Source: Camelus ferus
Taxonomy: Eukaryota
Assembly (NCBI RefSeq): GCF_009834535.1
Contig: NC_045697.1
Coordinates: 79,114,001-79,178,000 of the forward strand
DNA length: 64,000 bases
Reading direction: 5' to 3'
This document shows positions 40,284 through 52,100 of the stretch, one piece after another. Position 1 is the first letter of the stretch; every line of letters starts with the position of its first letter. Made by a program: the position numbers and the translations under genes. Below the pieces are notes generated by a model that saw only the letters and a list, made by a program, of their open reading frames with translations, had not been told where the DNA came from and did no database searches.

Positions 40284-43119
40284 AATATAATTTTATAAAG
40301 ATAAAATATTTCATGATCATTTAAAAAACGTAAAGGATTACTTGGGGTGCTACTAGGGGGTAAATAAATTCAGAAACAAAACCAAAAGGAATTGGAATAA
40401 AAAGACACTGGAAGCACAAAGTCCAATTTAAAATCCTGTAGATATCTAGATACCAAGTAAATGCTTGGAATGAGGCATTCGCAGTGGATTTCCAAAGAAT
40501 TAGGTAAGTCTAAGATTTCAAAATAACTTTCAATATGAATTAGCAACTGAACTATGCAAGGAGGTCAGGGTTAACACTCTTAATTTGGACTTTGGGATTT
40601 AGTCCTAATTCTGCTTCTTAACTTCTGTGGGTTGTGGTTTTCTTACTATGAAACGAAATAATTGGCTGCTAATCCCCAGTCTAAATAGTTCTAAAAGTCT
40701 TTTAATGCCATCACAAAAATCGTATTTACACCAATTAGAAGACATAAAAAATGAGAACAGAAGTAAACCAAACTACCCGACTATGGAAAAAATGCTGCAT
40801 CTTTTGTTCTGCTAGTGATTAGGTGCTCAACATGGTCCCCCTGCTGTAAAAGGAAAAGCGTGGAAAAGCCCAGCCTCTCATACAGGGTCAGTGATCATTC
40901 AAAATCTACCTTTGAAAATAATTCCCCCACTAATGACAAAAATCTGAATAGGACCTGACTTTCATATTTCACATTGTGTAAATTTCAAATATAAAATAAC
41001 TTAAGAAGATTAACTCAATATCTCCTTATCTATTATTCCACTTAGAATATTAATATTGTTTTGTTGATCCATGAATGCATGTGTATATTAATGTCATGAC
41101 CTATTTTAGAATAATACCTTTTATGTCTATTATGTCTTTAGGGATAGCATACGAAATATTCCGAATTGTATATAGCTATAATCTGGCCACACAGTGAGGA
41201 TTTATATGGCTAGGGAAAACATACAAACTGGCAAGCACAGACAGATGTTCCCTGCAATCACTGAGCCATTTGCTTTGAAGCTCATCCTAGTGGCATAGAT
41301 CTAAACCACCATAGGCTCACAGATTGGAAAAAAGTCCCTTGCGGAGTAAAACACTCATTTATCAGCAAGTGTGTATAGTGCAAGATATGCACAGAAATTT
41401 CATCTGAAAATACAGCCTTGGCTAGATTTTAGATCTCAACACAATTTTAGAGCTCACTAGGTACTCGAAACTGAAAATAACAAATCCAAAGCCTAAAAAA
41501 ACAATCGAAAGATAAACAAACTAACCTACCTCCTAAGATCAGAAGTACTGTTTTAGACTTGCTCTTTAGTTTCCCAAGTCCCACTTGATGTTGGCCTCCT
41601 GCAACCATAAAGAAAAAATGGTTTTGAAGTCATACCTGGGCCTAAATCATAACTTTGCCACATGTTAGTTTTGTGAACTTGGCCGATGCCTAATTCTTTT
41701 AACATCAGTTTTCTTATCTGTAAATCTAACTTCCTCGTTGAGAAAGAAGAATGAAATAAGTGATTTAAACTACTTTAGGATTCTAAAAGGCTACTCAATT
41801 GTGTTTCTGTTCATGGTGGAGTTGGTATTGATGGTGACGGCTGACAGTGTTGCCACGTTATCCATAATCAACAGAATGAAGACATTAGAAGAAAAAGAAA
41901 ATGCTACAACAGCAGCATGAAAGAGGAGGCTGGTGGGGTAGACTTTCTTTCCATTCAATAAATGACTAGCAAAAGCAATTACATTCAAAATAATATTAGT
42001 GTTGGATTTGTATACTAAATCAATCCACCTTCTAGGCAGCATCCTATTTAACCAGTGAACCTAGCCCTTATTCCCAGATATATAATTCATAAAACATGTC
42101 AATCCCATAGGAAACAGTTAACCAAGCCGTATGCCCATTGTCATATATACTAAACAACAACACAAACTGTAAAATCATTAACTCAATATTCTCAAGATTG
42201 TGTTTCTAATAATTGCAGAAAAATGTTAAGCATGAGTTCAGCTCTTGTCAAGGCCATTGGGTCAAAGGCATAACAGATTATAGAAAAGGAGGAGAGACGA
42301 GGCTAACTTAGACTATTATAAATGACACTAGATTAGCTGTCAGTAACCTGAATTCAAATGCTAGCTCTTCCACGAATAAACAGTTTTACTTCGCATAAGC
42401 CACTTTGCTTGGCTGGTCTTCTGCAGTTACAATGCTTTCATTACTTATTAGTTTATTTACTCAACAAATATTTCTTGATCATATACTAAGTGCCAAGCTG
42501 CTTTAGTTGCTTGTGGTCCAATGGTGAGCAGATACAAGTATAGTTCTTACTCTCATGGAGTTAACACTAAAACTTGCTTCACTGTGTAAATCAACTATAC
42601 CTCAATTTAAAAACAAACAACTACAACCTGTTTCACTGGATTATTGTGAGAATGAAACAAGTTAATATACTGAAAATAATTTGTTATAATAGATTACAAG
42701 TAAAATCCAAAAAGCCTCAGTGCCCACCACTCATTTAATTTTTAAGCACTTAGAAAGTATAGAGAATAACATAAACCTATATGTACCTATCCTCCAGCTC
42801 TAGTCAATCTTGCCATTTTGTCTTGTTTTATTTCATTTGGTTTAGCTCTCCTCTCCATTTCTTCCTAAATCTTATTCCCCTCCTTCTTCCCTAGATGTAG
42901 CTCCTATCCTGAACATTGTGCTTAACATTTCTATGTGGTTTTTAAAAAAACATTCACTACATAAATTAGTACCTTAAAGTAGTATTGCATATTTTGGAAT
43001 TTCATATACATTGTATTACACTGTATATATCATTTGCCATCTTGCTTTTCTCGTTAAAAATTTTTATTGGAGATTTTTTTAAATATTGTAGTCCTAGTTC
43101 ACTCACTTTCAGTGCTATA

Positions 43120-43440
43120 GAGAAAGGATTGGCAAACTTTTTCTGTAAAGGGCCAGACAGAAAACATTTTAGGCTCTGTGGGCCATATGGTCTTTGTAGC
43201 AACTACTCTGTGTTGTAGCACAAAAGCAGACATGCACAACAAATAACAAATGAGAATGGCCATGTTCCAATAAAACTTTATCTACAAAAACAGGCAGCTG
43301 TGGACTGTAGTTTGCCAACCTCAGCTGCTGAGCTGCATTTCTCAACCTTGACAACACATTAGCCTTTTAAAAATGCTCATGCTAGGTACTTAGACTAGAT
43401 TGGTTAAATCAAATCTCTGAAGGTGGGCCCTTGCACTGCT
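43120..43440. mobile_element. MER58A followed by a MER5-like fragment
   Basis: ggattggcaaactttttctgtaaagggccagacag...gttccaataaaactttatctacaaaaacaggcagc...gtagtttgccaacc. Confidence 0.8.
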
Positions 43441-43449
43441 GGCCCCTCC

Positions 43450-43450
43450 T

Positions 43451-43481
<31 letters not shown>

Positions 43482-43503
43482 TTTTTTATTTTTTTTTATT
43501 TTA
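43450..43503 (+). repeat. (CT)n followed by poly-T microsatellite
   Basis: tctctctctctctctctctctctttttttttttt. Confidence 0.9.
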
Positions 43504-43650
43504 CATAGGTGTTCCTTGCTGAATGATGCCCCTCTCTTAGCCACAACTTGATATAGGAAACTATATCAAACTGTTTCAATAAATTCTGCACTAAATTGAG
43601 AGTAATTAGGAGACTTACAGTTTCAATACATAAAGAAATTCTCTTAATAT

Positions 43651-44125
43651 TGCTACCAAGCAAGGGCTCCCTGCCTGACAACCATAGAAGCTAAGACTAG
43701 TGCAACTAGAGATTTATTGTGAGATGGAGTAGCAAGAAGACAGGAGGCAGGGCTCAAATCTGTCTCCAACCTGGGATTCAGTCAAACTTTGAATTAGGGA
43801 GGACAGGCTGGTACGCAGAAGCACTGGCAGGGGCAGGTTTTGACTCGAGAGCTTCCTTTACACTTGGCCATTTTTAGTAAGATATAGAATGGTGGATTTC
43901 AGCACCAGATCTTCCTGGACCACAGACCCCTCATTTCTGAAAGGGTCCCAGTGTTCAGGTTCCAAGGGAAAGAAATGTGGTCTCCCAGTGTTATTTGAGG
44001 ATTTTCCTTCTCTGCACACGCCCAGGTTACATGACTTGCAGTTTTGGTTCTGCTGTATCTGCAAGACAACTAGACATCCTTTTATTGACAGAGAAGGATC
44101 AGTTTGAGCTGGTTCTGTGGTTACA
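43651..44125 (-). mobile_element. Solo LTR (ERV1-like)
   Basis: TG...CA termini, antisense AATAAA (tttatt near 43713), imperfect TSD atat/atac. Confidence 0.6.
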
Positions 44126-44289
44126 ATACTAATAATTTTAATTGTTAAAACATTGACCTACATTAGATTTTTTTTTCCAATTCTCATATTGCTGTCCAAG
44201 ATTTTTAAATAGTTACTACCTCTATTATCTCTTACTGTATTACCATACTTAATTAGGTTGAACCTACTCCTACAATCCAGAAGGAAAGG

Positions 44290-44500
44290 AGCACAGCATT
44301 GCAATGATTATGACTGGCTCTGTGTCTAGGCTTTCTGGCTTCAAATCCCAACTCTTCAACTTAAGTTTTGAATACCTTCTTTATGTTGTGGTATTGCCAT
44401 TTGTAAAATGAGAGTGATAGTAATAATTCTATGACCCAAATGTGTTAATATATGTTTACAGTGATACCTGACAGAGAGCAAACAGTATATAATTTAGCTC
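44290..44500 (+). mobile_element. MIR SINE
   Basis: ctttctggcttcaaatcccaactc...catttgtaaaatgagagtgatagtaata. Confidence 0.65.
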
Positions 44501-45389
44501 TCATTTTTATTTAAAAACAAATGTCATGTGCTTGTGATGGAGGGTGTAAGAATCATTTTTAAAAAGTCATCCTATTAAATAAAACTGAAAATAAATAGGG
44601 TAATAAAAAGGGGATCCTCTGGCTCCAAACCACCCACGTAGGTCTGCTTATCCTCTATGGCCTTGTGCCTTCTATGAATGTCTTCTGTACTGGAAGAACT
44701 TGCAGCACCTCAGCAGGACCAAAGGTGGCCTCCATTAGTGCTATTAACTGATTTCTCTGTTCTCCATAGCTTTCTCCAAGTCTTAAGGAGATTACAGTTT
44801 CCACAAGTGGTCATTTGAAGGTGAATCCCAAGGAGTGTCAGCCTGCAGCGGATGGCCACAGCATTGTGGAGGGAACCAGACTAGTACTGGGCATTGGTTC
44901 CCCAGGGTACAAGGGCTGCTACCAGTGGGATAGAGGCCCATTTTGGCCTAGAGAACACTGTACAATGGGAGCAAGCACATGGGAGCCACAGCAACCTGGC
45001 TTATAAGCCTGTAGGGTGGCAGGCACCTGCACATACTTTCGGTGGTAGCCACATGGACCATCCACCACAACCACAACTAGATGATAGGCTCAGATAAGGA
45101 AGAGGCCAATTCCTTGGGATCTCTGGATATCCAATGGCAGTGCCTGGGAAGCAGGACCCAACCAATGAAAATAGATGGCAATCACAGGGCTGGAATAAGG
45201 TCCTAGAAGCCTCTCCATGTGCCGGGAATTAAACTTTAATTTGTTAGATTTTAGGAATATGGGAAGGAGGGTCCTAAGGAACACTCCGAGGGCTTGGGGC
45301 AACAACTGTTTACCAATCTGTATGAAAGTATTCCAGTATCTGAACAACAGTAAACACCATAGTTGTGTGACTTTTTATGTAGCAGATAT

Positions 45390-48060
45390 AACGGATACCT
45401 TTGTTTTGCTCTCACTGTTGAACAATGTTTTAGCTGGATATTGGTTTATTTTCTCTCAGCACTTTGAGTATATTACTCCATGGTCTTCTGTTTTTTTATT
45501 GTTGCATTAAGAAGTCTTGACAATCATCATTTCTTTAAATGTAATATGTTTCTTCTTTGGGGTTCTTCTTAAGAAGATCTTTATGACTTAGGTGTTTTTC
45601 AGTTTTAATATTATGTGTCTAGATATGGATTATTTTCATTTGTTTCACTCAGGAATTATATTTTCCAAATCTGAGGATTCGGATCTCATCAAGCATTAAT
45701 GATACTTCAGATATTATATCTTTGAATATCTCCAAACCTTATTCTTTCTTGCTTCTCCTGCTGGAACTCCTATTGTACCTGTCCATTCCATAACCTAATC
45801 AATTAACTTCTATTTCATATTTCCATCTTTATGTACTAAATCCTGGGTGACTTTCTCAAAATTTTTTATTAGCTCATAAGTTCTCTTTTTAAAATATTTC
45901 TATTTTAAATAAAATAAAACAGCTGGCAATTTGTCCTGACTGCAAGCTGGGAGCTCAGCTGGAGCTAAGGGCCAGCGCACTTCAGCCCTCCTTTACATGG
46001 TTTCTCCAACATGGTAGCTGAATTCTCAGACTCAAGTATTAGGTACATGCATAAGTTAGAATGACGTCTTCTTGATTAATCCACTTTATCATAATAAAAC
46101 ATCCCTCTTTGACATTTGTAATGTTCCTGTATTGACGTCCAATTTGTCTCATGTTAATATAATCATACCAGCTAATTAGTATAGTTATCTTATGCTATCC
46201 TTACTTTTAATCTATGTTTTCATATTAAAAGTGCATCTCTTGTGAACAACATATAGTGGTACTTTTTAATCCAGTTTAGAAAAAAATTCTTACCTTTTAA
46301 TTGATGTGTTTAGCACATTTACAGTAATTATTAATATGGTTGGTTCTACAATCTTGTAATTTGTTTTTCATTTATCCCACCAATTCTTCCTTCTTTTTTT
46401 TCTTATTACCTGCATTCTTTTGGACTGACTTCATCGTCTGTTTATTTCCTTGCTTTTAATATTTTCTTTTACTTCTTCTACTGAGTTTATAGCTTTAAGT
46501 ATTTGGGTGGGTGGGTGGGTGGGTGTGTTTCCCTTATTGTGTGCCTTCTAGCGATTGCCCTAGGGCAGTGGTTCTTAATCGGGGGCAATATTGTTTCCCA
46601 GAGGCATTGGCAATATCTGAAGAAATTTGTGGTTGTCACACTGGGGAATGTGGGTATGACTCATCTGGTGGGTACAGGCCAATGATCCTGCTAAACATCC
46701 TATAATGCACAGGGCAGGCCCCTGTGACAAAGAATTATTAGACCCAATATGTCAATAATGTTGAGATTGAGAAATCCTGCTTTAGAAATTATTATATGAA
46801 TCTTTAATTTTCCATAGAAATTGAAATTATATTAAATCATTTCTCTGCTAATAGAAGAATCTTACAACTGTATAATTCTACTTAATCTCTCCCTTCCTTT
46901 GTGCTGTTATTTATTTTACTTGTACATGCTACAAATCCCACAACACACTGCTGTTCTTTTTGTTTTATAAGGTTAATTTTCCTTTTAAAATATTAAAGAA
47001 AAAATAGTGGCTTATATTATCCACATTCCTAGCACTACTCATTCTTTCTTATAAATCTGTGTGTCCATCTGGTATCATTTACATGCAGCCTGATGAGTTC
47101 CTTTAGCACTTTTTGTAGTAAAAATCTGTTGCATTAAAAATTCTCTCAGTTGATGTTTATCAGAAAAATGTCTTTATTTTGCCTTCATTTTTGAAAGATG
47201 TGTTCCCTAAGTATAGAATTCTAGTCGACAGGTTGTTTTTTTTTTTTTTTTTTTTTTTTCTTTCACTTCTTTAAAGATTTTCCATTGTGGCTTGCATTTG
47301 TCCTGATAAGAAGTCAGATGGAGTTCTTACTGTTGTTCTCCCGTAATGAGTTTTTTTCTCCCCCATGGGTTTGGGCTTTTTTCTTTTTTCTTTTTGTTTT
47401 GAGATTTTCTTTTTATCTTTGGTTTTCAGCAATTTGACCACAGTATGCTTACATGTGGTTTCTTTGTATTTATCTTGATTAGAGTTTATTGAGTTCTTTT
47501 GGATATGTGATTTGATGTTTTTCACCAAATGTAAATAATTTTTTGTTATTACTTCTTCTTCAAATACTGTTTTTTAAGCACTTCTCTCTTTTCCCCTCTT
47601 TTGGAACTCAAACACAAATATGGTTGAACCACCTGATATTAACTCACAGGCTGCTGAGAATCTGATTTTTTTTCCCCAATCTTTTTTTTTCCAATCCACA
47701 TTAATTTCTATAGAACTGTTTTCAAGTTCACTAATCCTTTCTTCTACATTATCAAATTTGCTGTTAAGCTCAGTTGATACTTTAAATGTTTTTCTGATAT
47801 TGTATTTTTCAATACAATTTTTTGTTCTAAAATTTATTTTCTTCTTAATGTTTTTCTTTCTTTCCTGAAATACTACATATTTTTACCTACTATATTCATG
47901 CTTTCTTATACATGCTTTCATATATTTATAATAGTTGTGTTAAAGTTTCTGTCTACAAGTTGAATAAGTGAGTCATCTCTAGGACTGCTTTTATTGACTG
48001 TATTTTTCTTGATTATGGTCCTACTTTTCTGCTTATTTTTATGTCCATTAAAAAATTAAC
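45390..48060 (-). mobile_element. Old L1 fragments including ORF1 remnant
   Basis: ORF 47271-47528 (TCKHTVVKLLKTKDKKKISK) resembles the L1 ORF1p motif TPRHIIIKLLKTKDKEKILK. T-rich antisense L1 composition. Confidence 0.8.
46566..46782. mobile_element. hAT-Charlie MER20 inserted in L1
   Basis: cagtggttcttaatcgggggc...ggttgtcacactgggg...tgctaaacatcctataatgcacaggg...gattgagaaatcctg. Confidence 0.85.
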
Positions 48061-48554
48061 TTAAAGATATTTACGTAAAACAACAAAACTGAAATATAAT
48101 TTGTTTTGCTTTGATTATCCCAGAGAGTACAAGCCCTTTCCTCAGTTAGGATGAGGATGATTATTCGTATTATTCCAAGAGTCATGTTGAACAGAGTCGA
48201 GTCACACTTTTTTTTGTTGTTGTTTCTTCTTCTTTTTTTTTTTTTTTCCAGCTTTAATTCACTCATAATTAGCCTTACTCCCAACACATTAACTCTTGTG
48301 CCTTTTTTTTTTTTCTTTTTAGTATTTGAGTTGGGAGAAGGTTTGGTACTTTCAGATAATTTTGGCTCATTTTTAGATTCAACTCTGATAAGGCCCAGAA
48401 TCCAAGCATTGTGAGGATGTAGAGGATATCTATTTTATACCTATTTTCCAGCCTTTACTCCAACTGCTGCTTTCATGGAAATATTTGGGTGTAACTGGTA
48501 TGTAGGGAGGGGAGAACTGTCAAAATGGGTACTTTTATTTTCAAATCTAGAGCT

Positions 48555-49110
48555 TACTCTGGTGGCCTATTGCTCCATCACGCATTATCCCAAATTTAGC
48601 AGTTCAAACATTTGAAATAAAGGCATTCAAATAGAAACAAAACAATAAAATTTGAAGTGAAAACAAACATTTTATTATGTTCAGGGAAAATGTGAATTAG
48701 GCTGGAGGGTAGCCTGCCTCCAGGAAGCAGGAATCTTCTAGAGGTGGCTCCAAACACAAGCTTGCTGGTTGATGCAGACTGTTGGCTGAGAACTCAGCTT
48801 GGGATATCCAGAACACCTCCATATGATCTTTCTTCACACCATAGCATCTTTGGACTCCTTACACTGCAGTCAGACTTGCAAAGTCATGTCTTCCAGAGTG
48901 CTAGCTAAGAAGCTATAGTCCCTTTTATAACTTAGCCTCAGAATTCACATATCATTATTTCCACCACTGTCACAAACTTGACCAGATTCAAGGCAGGGAC
49001 CATGAACACTACCACTCCATGGAAGGAATGTCACTGTCACATTGCAGGAAAAGATTCTATAGGATAGAAGATATTGTTGAAAACATTTTTTAAAAACTCA
49101 ATCTACTACA
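48555..49110 (-). mobile_element. MaLR LTR (MLT1)
   Basis: ttttataacttagcctcagaattcacatatcattatttccacc...ccagattcaaggcaggg. Confidence 0.65.
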
Positions 49111-52100
49111 GTCCTCTTCCAGATTCCTGTGCATCCTACAAGTACACCCTTGGTTGGTTTCTTCTCATCTCCATCTTTGACAGACCAATTCTCCATCTAC
49201 CCATATTTAGACCAGGTGCCTACTCCCAAGTGGAAAATCGCTGAGATTCTCTGTTCATTTATGAATGCCTCATTTCTATTTGAAAATTAGTTCCTCAAGA
49301 CTTTCATTCTTCACTCCTTGCTGACATCATAGAGATAGGAGTTTACTTTTGTTGAGGTTTTCCTTGCTACCACTTGTCTTTCATGTTCTTCTACATCTTA
49401 ACTAAAAGCTGAAATTTCTCCACTAATGTTTTAGTGTCTTTTTCATTTCTAATAGTTGTTTCAATTAACTATTATCTTGTATTTCCTTGCCTTTTTATGA
49501 CATTAACTGTTTTAAACATACATATTTTATAGTGTTTATCTGATTGCTTTATTACATTTATTCTGTAAGATTCTTTTTTTTTTCTCTGCTATTCCTGTGT
49601 CCTGGTAGTTTGTAATATGTGATTGCAGGTTCATTTTCAGCGTAGTTTTACATCTATCTGCAACCTAGATGGAAGTTATACCTCCCCCAAAGTGAATTTG
49701 TTTTTGCTTTGCAAGAAATCTCAAGGGCATCACTGTCTCAAAACCACTTTTTATATTGACTTCTTGGCCTGGCATTCCAAGTCTCTGAGGTTGTTGTAAA
49801 TTCCAACTCCTTAACTCTAAAGAAGACAGGCTCTTTTTTTTCCCCCTAAACCCAGATCACATCAATAATAACAAACCTCTCCTTTATCTCCTACCCTTCT
49901 TTGCACTGTTTTTTGATTCTACAATTGGATTTTGCAGACTACCTTTGCCCTTTGCTGGCAGGTTCTGTTTGGTATCTTCCAATTAGGGTGCTAGAGGGAC
50001 ACTATAAGGCTGGAGGAAGTAATTTACTCTTTTTCTGTTCTATTCTCCGTATAGTGGCAAGTGGATCAGCAGGAAGGCATCCTGGCAGTGTTTACCACAA
50101 TGGCCACAGCCCTCCTACTTTAGTGGTGAGTGCCCCCTAGTCCACGGAAGTGGGTTCATGGGCAGAGACAGCTTTCCATCTTCTTCTGTTACCACATGGA
50201 TGGGTAGAATGTTTCTGTGGAATCCACACTGTCTTCTCAGAGGTCTGAATAACTCCTTGTATGGTCTTCCTCTTAATGTCTAGATTCCTTCCCTGTTCAC
50301 TTTTCCTCAGTCCCAGGCTGGTGGCTGCTTCCTGTAGTAGCTACATCTATTAGAACTTCGAGTTTCCTTCTAGCATTAACCACCACCTACCTACTTAATG
50401 ATTCCTTCTGTTAAATTTTCCCTGCTTAAATTACTAATGCAGTTTCTGAACAGGCAGGAGAGAACTGAAACAAACTCTACTCACTGTAAGCATCTCATAT
50501 TAATCACGTAACAGTTCTTGTTAATCCCTCTTTGTGAAATGTAAATGATGGATGAGCAAAGAAGAAAGCAAATCACTCAGTGTGTATAGTACTCAGTGAT
50601 ACTGAACCAACTAACGAATTTCATCACATACCCCAGAATAAATGGGGCACTGCTGAACCGGCCAAAAGTTAATTTCCCCTTTTACTTTCCCTTTTATCTT
50701 TAAGTACACATCTTTGCATCCCTTTTTCTTGAAAAATCACTTAAATGGTCCATTTACCTATTTAGCTATGGAAGTGGAAAGTAAAAGACCACTGCAGAAA
50801 TAAAGATACTTAAGAACAGTCATTTTGAGGAGCTACACGACTCTATATGATAATGCAAAGGCTGTTTTCTCTGTAGGCAGAGTTAGTTCACTTGGACTTT
50901 TTTTGGAGAAATGTTTGTTAAGTATTAAGAGAAGCTGTGATGTGGTGGCAAAATGTTAGGACTTATTTTTATGAAAATATGAGCTTTTCAAGCCATTATT
51001 GAGCAATCAGCAGCTGAAAGTAGGTTTAACACGCCTACATTTTCACTTTATAATGAAAGTAAATATATACAGAAGAACTAGGCAATGCTGGATTAAGTTA
51101 AACTTGGACTGGACTGTTGGTCTTTCAGACAGTTAGTACTGAATAACAAGACTTTAGGAACCATAATGATACTGGATGATCGCGTTATGATGAGATTGTT
51201 CTATTTGGGTTCCCAAGACAAACACTTCTAGTTGGTAGTGGATGAAGTCTCTCCATAAGCCAGTGGGTATTCTCACTTTCAATCATCCTGGAAAGAGGCA
51301 GACCATGGGACAAACAAGGCCTGAGATTTACAGAATTCATTCCTCTACATTGGCCATACTGCCTTAGGGCCTGACTTCAAGTAATTTGTGTGGAGTATGC
51401 CTGAGTGCAGGTCTAAGAGGTAGAATTTTGAAAAAGCTAGTTATCACAGGATGCCAAGGATGCAGCTACAAAGAAAAACTTGCTGATAAAAATTTTCTTC
51501 AGCATGTGGATAGTAACAGCTAATAATTATATTACACTCATGGTATTATAGGTAATTATAGCATAATACATAGTACATAATAGGAATTATATTATAATAA
51601 GCACTTACTTTTATATTACATCAAGCATTTGACTAAATGCTTAGTCATTTAAACTGACAACAAACACATAAGGTAAATTTCATTACTATCTCATTTTCTC
51701 CATGTTGTAGTGGTCATATCTAATATCCTGTATAAATTTTGGCAATTTAAACTATGCTCCAATGAATTAAAAAGATAAGTTTAGGTCTATGTTTGGTCCA
51801 GTGTGATAATGGAGGGCACAGAGTTCTTCCCCTAGCAGGGACCCTCCAGCCCCCAGTACAACATGATGGTAGCAACTGATATCAAAACAACAAAAAGTGA
51901 TTAATAACCAATAAAGAAGAGGTTCTGAGCAAAAAGAGATTCAAATTTGGAATCACATAATCCAAAAGACAGTTCAAGGAGCAGATTGCATCCTGATGAA
52001 CTCCAAGTAACTATGAGAAAAACTTCTTTCACTTCAGAATAAACTACAATAGAGAAAAGAACTTTGAAAGGGATGGGGAAGACAGAGAAACATCCTGCTA

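Noticed and set aside
40640..40700. Donor |gtaaga that would close the 40843 exon
   Set aside because: Falls within MIR-like sequence, so it is unlikely to be an ancestral exon boundary.
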